NCBI GenBank assembly: GCA_020137815.1
Contig: CM035359.1
Span: 4,030,001-4,094,000, forward strand
Direction of reading: 5' to 3'
Source of the DNA: Hormiphora californensis
Taxonomy: Eukaryota; Animalia; Ctenophora
DNA length: 64,000 nucleotides
Both the position numbers and the translations under genes were made by a program. How positions within the stretch are numbered: the stretch's first letter is position 1; every line of letters starts with the position of its first letter. Positions 46,335-64,000 of the stretch are shown in pieces. A model generated the notes under the pieces. The model made no database searches. It worked only from the letters and a program-made list of their open reading frames with translations, and was not told where the DNA came from.

Positions 46335-47637
46335 GGGTACACCTGGCGTTTTTCATCATCGAGTGCCCAACCAAATGACTTCACCAGGGTTTAGGTCATA
46401 CAAAATGGACCTCAAATATGCAATTTTAGCCCTAAAGTCGAATTCATATTTTTGCTACAGCCTATTTTCAAAGTGGCGTTTTTTCAATTTTTGGTGGAAT
46501 TTTTAACCTCAGGACCACTTTTTTTTAGATAGAAACATTAAATTCTTGGAATTTGAAGAGAATATAAAGATGAATAAGCCCAAAGAAGGATTTTTGAAAT
46601 GGAGCTTATTTTTGGCCATGAGAACGGTTTACTTTTTTGGTTCTTTGACACGCTGGCTGAGAATGTTCCCATGCTTCATTAGAGATGAAAATCTGGAAAT
46701 AGTTGCTCAAAACGATTATCTATGTGGCCCAAAAATTTTGGAACTTTCCCGCCAAAGATGTGGTGTACAGAGCTTGTTTTGTGAAACCCGTCTTTTTGAA
46801 AAAGAGGGAAATTCCCTGTATCTCAAAAATGGATAATCGTAGAGACCTGCGACCAAGCTTAATCGATTCAGAAGGTCCGATTTTGGGGGGGTCTTCTGAG
46901 AGACATTTTGCTCCTACTCCAACCGTTTTTGCTGTAATTGCAAAAAACCAATTCTATGAAAAGGGGGAACAACTCTATTCCAGTAGCGTGCTTCGGGATG
47001 ATTTCCCCCTTACTTGCTGATACCTTTTTCGCAATTACAGCCAAAACGGTTGGAGTAGGAGCAAAATGTCTCTCAGAAGACCCCCCCAAAATCGGACCTT
47101 CTGAATCGATTAAGCTTGGTCGCAGGTCTCTAAGATTATCCGTTTTTGAGATACAGGGAATTTCCCTCTTTTTCAAAAAGACGGGTTTCACAAAACAAGC
47201 TCTGTACACCACATCTTTGGCGGGAAAGTTCCAAAATTTTTGGGCCACATAGATAATCGTTTTGAGCAACTATTTCCAGATTTTCATCTCTAATGAAGCA
47301 TGGGAACATTCTCAGCCAGCGTGTCAAAGAACCAAAAAAGTAAACCGTTCTCATGGCCAGAAATAAGCTCCATTTCAAAAATCCTTCTTTGGGCTTATTC
47401 ACCTTTATATTCTCTTCAAATTCCAAGAATTTAATGTTTCTATCTCAAAAAAAGTGGTCCTGAGGTTAAAAATTCCACCAAAAATTGAAAAAACGCCACT
47501 TTGAAAATAGGCTGTAGCAAAAATATGAATTCGAATTTAGGGCTAAAAATTCATATTTGAGGTCCATTTTGTATGGCCTAAACCCTAGTGAAGTCATTTG
47601 GTTGGGCACTCGATGATGAAAAACGCCAGGTGTACCC
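46335..47637. mobile_element. 1.3-kb foldback element with TTAA TSD (GG..CC termini, Kolobok-like)
   Basis: ttaa|gggtacacctggcg...cgccaggtgtaccc|ttaa; arms of ~610 bp with few mismatches and a ~77-bp spacer. This explains the mirrored ORFs in the track. Confidence 0.9.
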
Positions 47638-47767
47638 TTAACCCCCTTTTAGAAACTAATTAAATCTGAAACCAAAATTTTTTCCAAAATTGTTCCAAAA
47701 CCTTTTGACAAACTGTGCAGGCCAGCGTTAAAATCTGGGTGTTTTGGGAGTGCTGACAAACGATTTT

Positions 47768-47825
47768 TTAGGGTTAGGGCTAAAGTAGGGTTAGGGTTAG
47801 GGTTGGGGTTTGGGTTGGGGTTAGG
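47768..47825 (+). repeat. Degenerate interstitial (TTAGGG)n
   Basis: ttagggttagggctaaagtagggttagggttagggttggggtttgggttggggttagg. Confidence 0.7.
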
Positions 47826-47999
47826 CCTTGACATTCCCTACCAGATAAACTTTGAATCAGCAAAAACGGTTGAGTGGTTTGGCGGTTAGAGCCATTTTCG
47901 TAAATCAACTTTTTTGGTAGCACGCACCTGTAAACAGGCCTCCAAACACCCAGATCGTAACGGCACCCAACTGTGCAGTGCACGCGTTTCCTTGAAGAG

Positions 48000-48083
48000 A
48001 GCGCGGGATAAGGCAGCCCTTTTCAAGGAAACATAAGCATAGTAGTTTATGTTTCCTTGAAGAGGGCTGTCTTATCCCGCGCT
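48000..48083. repeat. ~37-bp inverted repeat (hairpin)
   Basis: agcgcgggataaggcagcccttttcaaggaaacataa / ttatgtttccttgaagagggctgtcttatcccgcgct; a related arm at ~45682-45706. Confidence 0.75.
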
Positions 48084-48426
48084 GCCAGCGTTTGCCAATG
48101 CGTTTCCCTTTATGGCTTCGGGCCTGCAGTAGGCCAATCGCTCTGGGTGTAACAACTGTGTAAACGCTGTGTAAATACTGGAATTTTTAGGGATCCCTAT
48201 TTTACAAAAAATATTTTCATTTTCGAGCACTGCCGGATTTCCTATCAAATAAACTTTGGATTAGCCAAAACGGTTGAGTGGTTTGATGGTTAGAGCAGGG
48301 TACTTTTTTTTGGCTGTAAACAGGCCACCAAACACCCAGATCGTAACGTAAAGAATACTCCATCAACTCTTTAAACTCCCTAAACTCTTTCTGCTTCATT
48401 CACTCGGCTTTTTAGGAAGTGATTTC

Positions 48427-50847
48427 ATGACAGAGTCACCTGGCAAGCGCCAAGCTCGATGCATCGAAGACGATTGTGAGGATCTACGTGCTCTGCTGGT
48501 GAGGAGTCCAGACTTCTGGGATTACCAAGCGATAGAGCAAGTCCTCAATGAAATTTCTCGACTTTACTGCGAAGCTTGGGAGAATGTTGAGGTGCTTAAA
48601 AGTTCCACCTTCAGATACTCAATTCCCATCCTGATTTCTCGCAAGAACCTACCTCCACCTGTTATTAACAGCCTTCTTAAAATTTTGAATGAGCTGGTAA
48701 ATACCGAGTGGAAGGACTATTATCGTTCTTTCGTCGTCGAAAATTTCATACTCATACCACGGTGCTACCTCGAATCCCTAAAGTTTCTAAACAACACAAT
48801 CAAGTCAGGATCAAATCATGATAAGGTCGAGATTCCAATATTTGCTGTTCAAAAAGTGTTTCATTCTCTGGAAACGCAAGTGTTGGCTAAGAAGACTCTG
48901 ACTAAAAATGATAAACTGATCTTTGCGGAGCTTACAAAAATGATTAAATGTTTTTTGCTTCCAGGGGGGAATTTATATAGAATGGAGATGTTTTTGACTC
49001 TGCTTATCTCCGTTGCCGATTTGAACGCTAAACACCATTGTTTGGAAGGTAGCACAGTCTTAAAAAATGCTGAAACGGTTCTTACTTCTTTAAGCATGCA
49101 TCAATACACAAATACAATACAAAATTCGTTCTTTACGAGTGGTCTCGTTGAAAAGTTAAAGAAAACTCTCATTAGTTTGGTGGAGGAGATATGTGTTTTG
49201 TGTCCAAATGACCTAGCTAAACTGTTCAAAAATGTCGATGGTGATGCCAAAATGGTGTTATTCAAAACCGCTGAAGCAAGTAGAAACAAAGCCTTCGTCA
49301 GCGTTCTCAGAGCTAACTGGGTTGATGATAGCTGTTTGGATGTTATTGAGACAATTCGAAAGATAAACCGGAAGGGACTGCCCATCGCTGAAGAGATTTA
49401 CCAGGCACTGTCTTCTTTGATATCTTCACCCCGTGATTCTATGACGACCTGGTTGAAAGCTTCACGTGATGCCCTCTATATCTTCCTGGAGAGAGGGAAA
49501 CTAAGGGTGTCTGAGGAATCACAAAAGAAACAACTTGACGAAGTCATCATCACATTTCTAGGAGTCCTTCGGGACTTGGATTGTACTGTTTTTGCATCTA
49601 CCGCTAAATCAGTGAGAGAAGTTGCAGCTACGGTTACACACGATGTTATAGGCTTGGCTGAGGACACAGCATTCTGTGATTCTCTAAATAAAGATCACAT
49701 CACTCTTGTCATGGACCTATTTGCAAAATACGGAACCTGGTTCACCATGTCGTTTGAGGATTCATTATCATTTAACCCTTGCCAATCTTACCAGTGGTAC
49801 ATCATCACACATCCCCTGGTTAGTGGTATTGGTCTTCGCAATATCCATAAATTACGGAAATCCCGAAATAACCACATGAATTTTTGGAACTTTTTCATTG
49901 CAATGGATGTTGCCAATGAAGACGAACTGTGGGCGTTGACTAAACTGCGTGAAACTTCTCCTAATGAATATCTGGAAGAACTCTCGGATATTCTGCTTGT
50001 AGCGGGATGGTATAATGAGGCAATACTCCCTTCCGTCTGTGAAAATTTAGAGCTCAGAGAGTCTGATCCTCCGGAGCTACTTCTTAGATTGTTCCTCTGT
50101 CTCATCCGTTATCTCCAGGGCGTATGTTCTAACTTTGAGAAACAGAGACAAGTTAAATCTTCCAAGAAGGAACAAGGGGAGGGGATGGTGAAAATCCTTG
50201 GGGAGGACGGGGCACCAGGGGTGGAGGTTCCTGAACAAGATCTATCATCTTCTATTCTGAAAAGTATGCTTGCTTCAAGTTTTGAGGAGGGTCGAACCCG
50301 AACTTTAACCGTCCCCTCAGCCTCTCAGCGTATCTTGGAGGCCCTCAAGCTGATTCTTGGTGAGGGTGGGAAGGGTGCTGACGAGCATGCCACGCTGAAA
50401 GAAGTCTGGGAGTGGTTGTTGCCGTGGGCAACCATGTACCAGGTAGACGGAGTGTTCAAATACCTTGTAACGGGGATGAGCCAGAAGAAAGATGCTACGA
50501 TGTCCGATGAATGGATGGTCGAGTTTGCGATTAGGAGCAAGCATCCTGCGTGGCTAATGTTGATCTCTGACAGATTCCTTCTTATTGAAACCCTAAACCT
50601 GCCAACTCAGGACCTCATATCCGCAATTACTGATCTTGTCCATGCATTGAATGACAAGGAGAACTACCTTTTAAACATTATTAGTTATTTCTGCGGTCAA
50701 CAGTGTTCTGATTTGGGTAAACGTAAGCTGGTTCCTAATATTCACAGACATTACTGCAGTGATAAATACTTTGATGAGCCCAATTGCTATTTTGGGGAAA
50801 GTGATGAAAGTGAAGATACTGACTCCGATTCTGATGCCAGAATTTAA
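48427..50847 (+). CDS. Intronless 806-aa hypothetical protein, likely alpha-helical, acidic C-terminus
   Basis: 2.4-kb uninterrupted ORF with ordinary composition; pyrimidine-AG 11 nt before ATG; ATTAAA at 50911. No family recognised. Confidence 0.8.
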   Translation: MTESPGKRQARCIEDDCEDLRALLVRSPDFWDYQAIEQVLNEISRLYCEAWENVEVLKSSTFRYSIPILISRKNLPPPVINSLLKILNELVNTEWKDYYRSFVVENFILIPRCYLESLKFLNNTIKSGSNHDKVEIPIFAVQKVFHSLETQVLAKKTLTKNDKLIFAELTKMIKCFLLPGGNLYRMEMFLTLLISVADLNAKHHCLEGSTVLKNAETVLTSLSMHQYTNTIQNSFFTSGLVEKLKKTLISLVEEICVLCPNDLAKLFKNVDGDAKMVLFKTAEASRNKAFVSVLRANWVDDSCLDVIETIRKINRKGLPIAEEIYQALSSLISSPRDSMTTWLKASRDALYIFLERGKLRVSEESQKKQLDEVIITFLGVLRDLDCTVFASTAKSVREVAATVTHDVIGLAEDTAFCDSLNKDHITLVMDLFAKYGTWFTMSFEDSLSFNPCQSYQWYIITHPLVSGIGLRNIHKLRKSRNNHMNFWNFFIAMDVANEDELWALTKLRETSPNEYLEELSDILLVAGWYNEAILPSVCENLELRESDPPELLLRLFLCLIRYLQGVCSNFEKQRQVKSSKKEQGEGMVKILGEDGAPGVEVPEQDLSSSILKSMLASSFEEGRTRTLTVPSASQRILEALKLILGEGGKGADEHATLKEVWEWLLPWATMYQVDGVFKYLVTGMSQKKDATMSDEWMVEFAIRSKHPAWLMLISDRFLLIETLNLPTQDLISAITDLVHALNDKENYLLNIISYFCGQQCSDLGKRKLVPNIHRHYCSDKYFDEPNCYFGESDESEDTDSDSDARI

Positions 50848-51274
50848 AACTAATTTTATTTTATACATTTTATATTTCTTAGCATGTATTGTCTATTGTA
50901 TGGACATTTTATTAAATATTTTTACAGTATTGTGTTTTTAATCAAGTAACTGCTTAGATTTTAGAAGCAGTAGCAACCCCCCTGACCCTTCGCCTGCAAA
51001 CCCAAGTCCGCCTCAATATGACCCCGGATGAAAAGTTACAGACAAAATTTGAGGTTCAGAAACTTGTGGTCCGTGGCCAAATATAGGACGGCAAGTTTTT
51101 GAAAACCTCCAAATTTTATACTGTGTTGATGTCCATATATCCGAATAATTCTGTATCCGGCTGTATCTATCTCTATGTCTTTGTAAAAACTTTCGCCCAT
51201 CCGCAGATATTAGGATCATTTGATCGCTAAACACCCACTCATTACAATGATTTCTCCAGTAGTGCACCCCCGTT

Positions 51275-64000
<12,726 letters not shown>

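Noticed and set aside
46546-47426. Mirrored 96-133-aa ORFs
   Set aside because: By-products of the palindromic element; no transposase motifs.
47768-47825. Chromosome end or fusion site
   Set aside because: Only ~9 degenerate units in one orientation within repeat-derived sequence.

Overview
Intron-rich, repeat-rich animal genomic DNA. A ctenophore such as Pleurobrachia is likely: I recognise the translation of the abundant 109-bp MITE from Pleurobrachia gene models, but this is unverified. Five protein-coding genes are supported: (1) the 3' part of a KH-domain FUBP/KHSRP/PSI-family gene (+, 1-26168); (2) a two-exon 75-aa secreted Cys/Trp-rich peptide (+, 35162-37254); (3) CFAP91 (-, 16 exons, two single-base frameshifts); (4) an intronless 806-aa orphan ORF (+); (5) ISWI/SMARCA5 (+, 24 exons, runs off the window). 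Introns hold MITEs, foldback elements, a Helitron, LINE fragments and minisatellites. Two signals stand out. First, a ~7.5-kb intronic array whose 550-bp unit carries a minimal Penelope-type hammerhead ribozyme (12 sense-strand copies), with the founding TSD-flanked insertion still visible. Second, recurrent tandem arrays of whole splice-site cassettes, where up to 9 near-identical 3' splice sites precede an exon and only the last keeps the frame; one repeat core sits in mirror orientation at donors and acceptors. About 8.5-11.6 kb is low-quality sequence joining two haplotypes.
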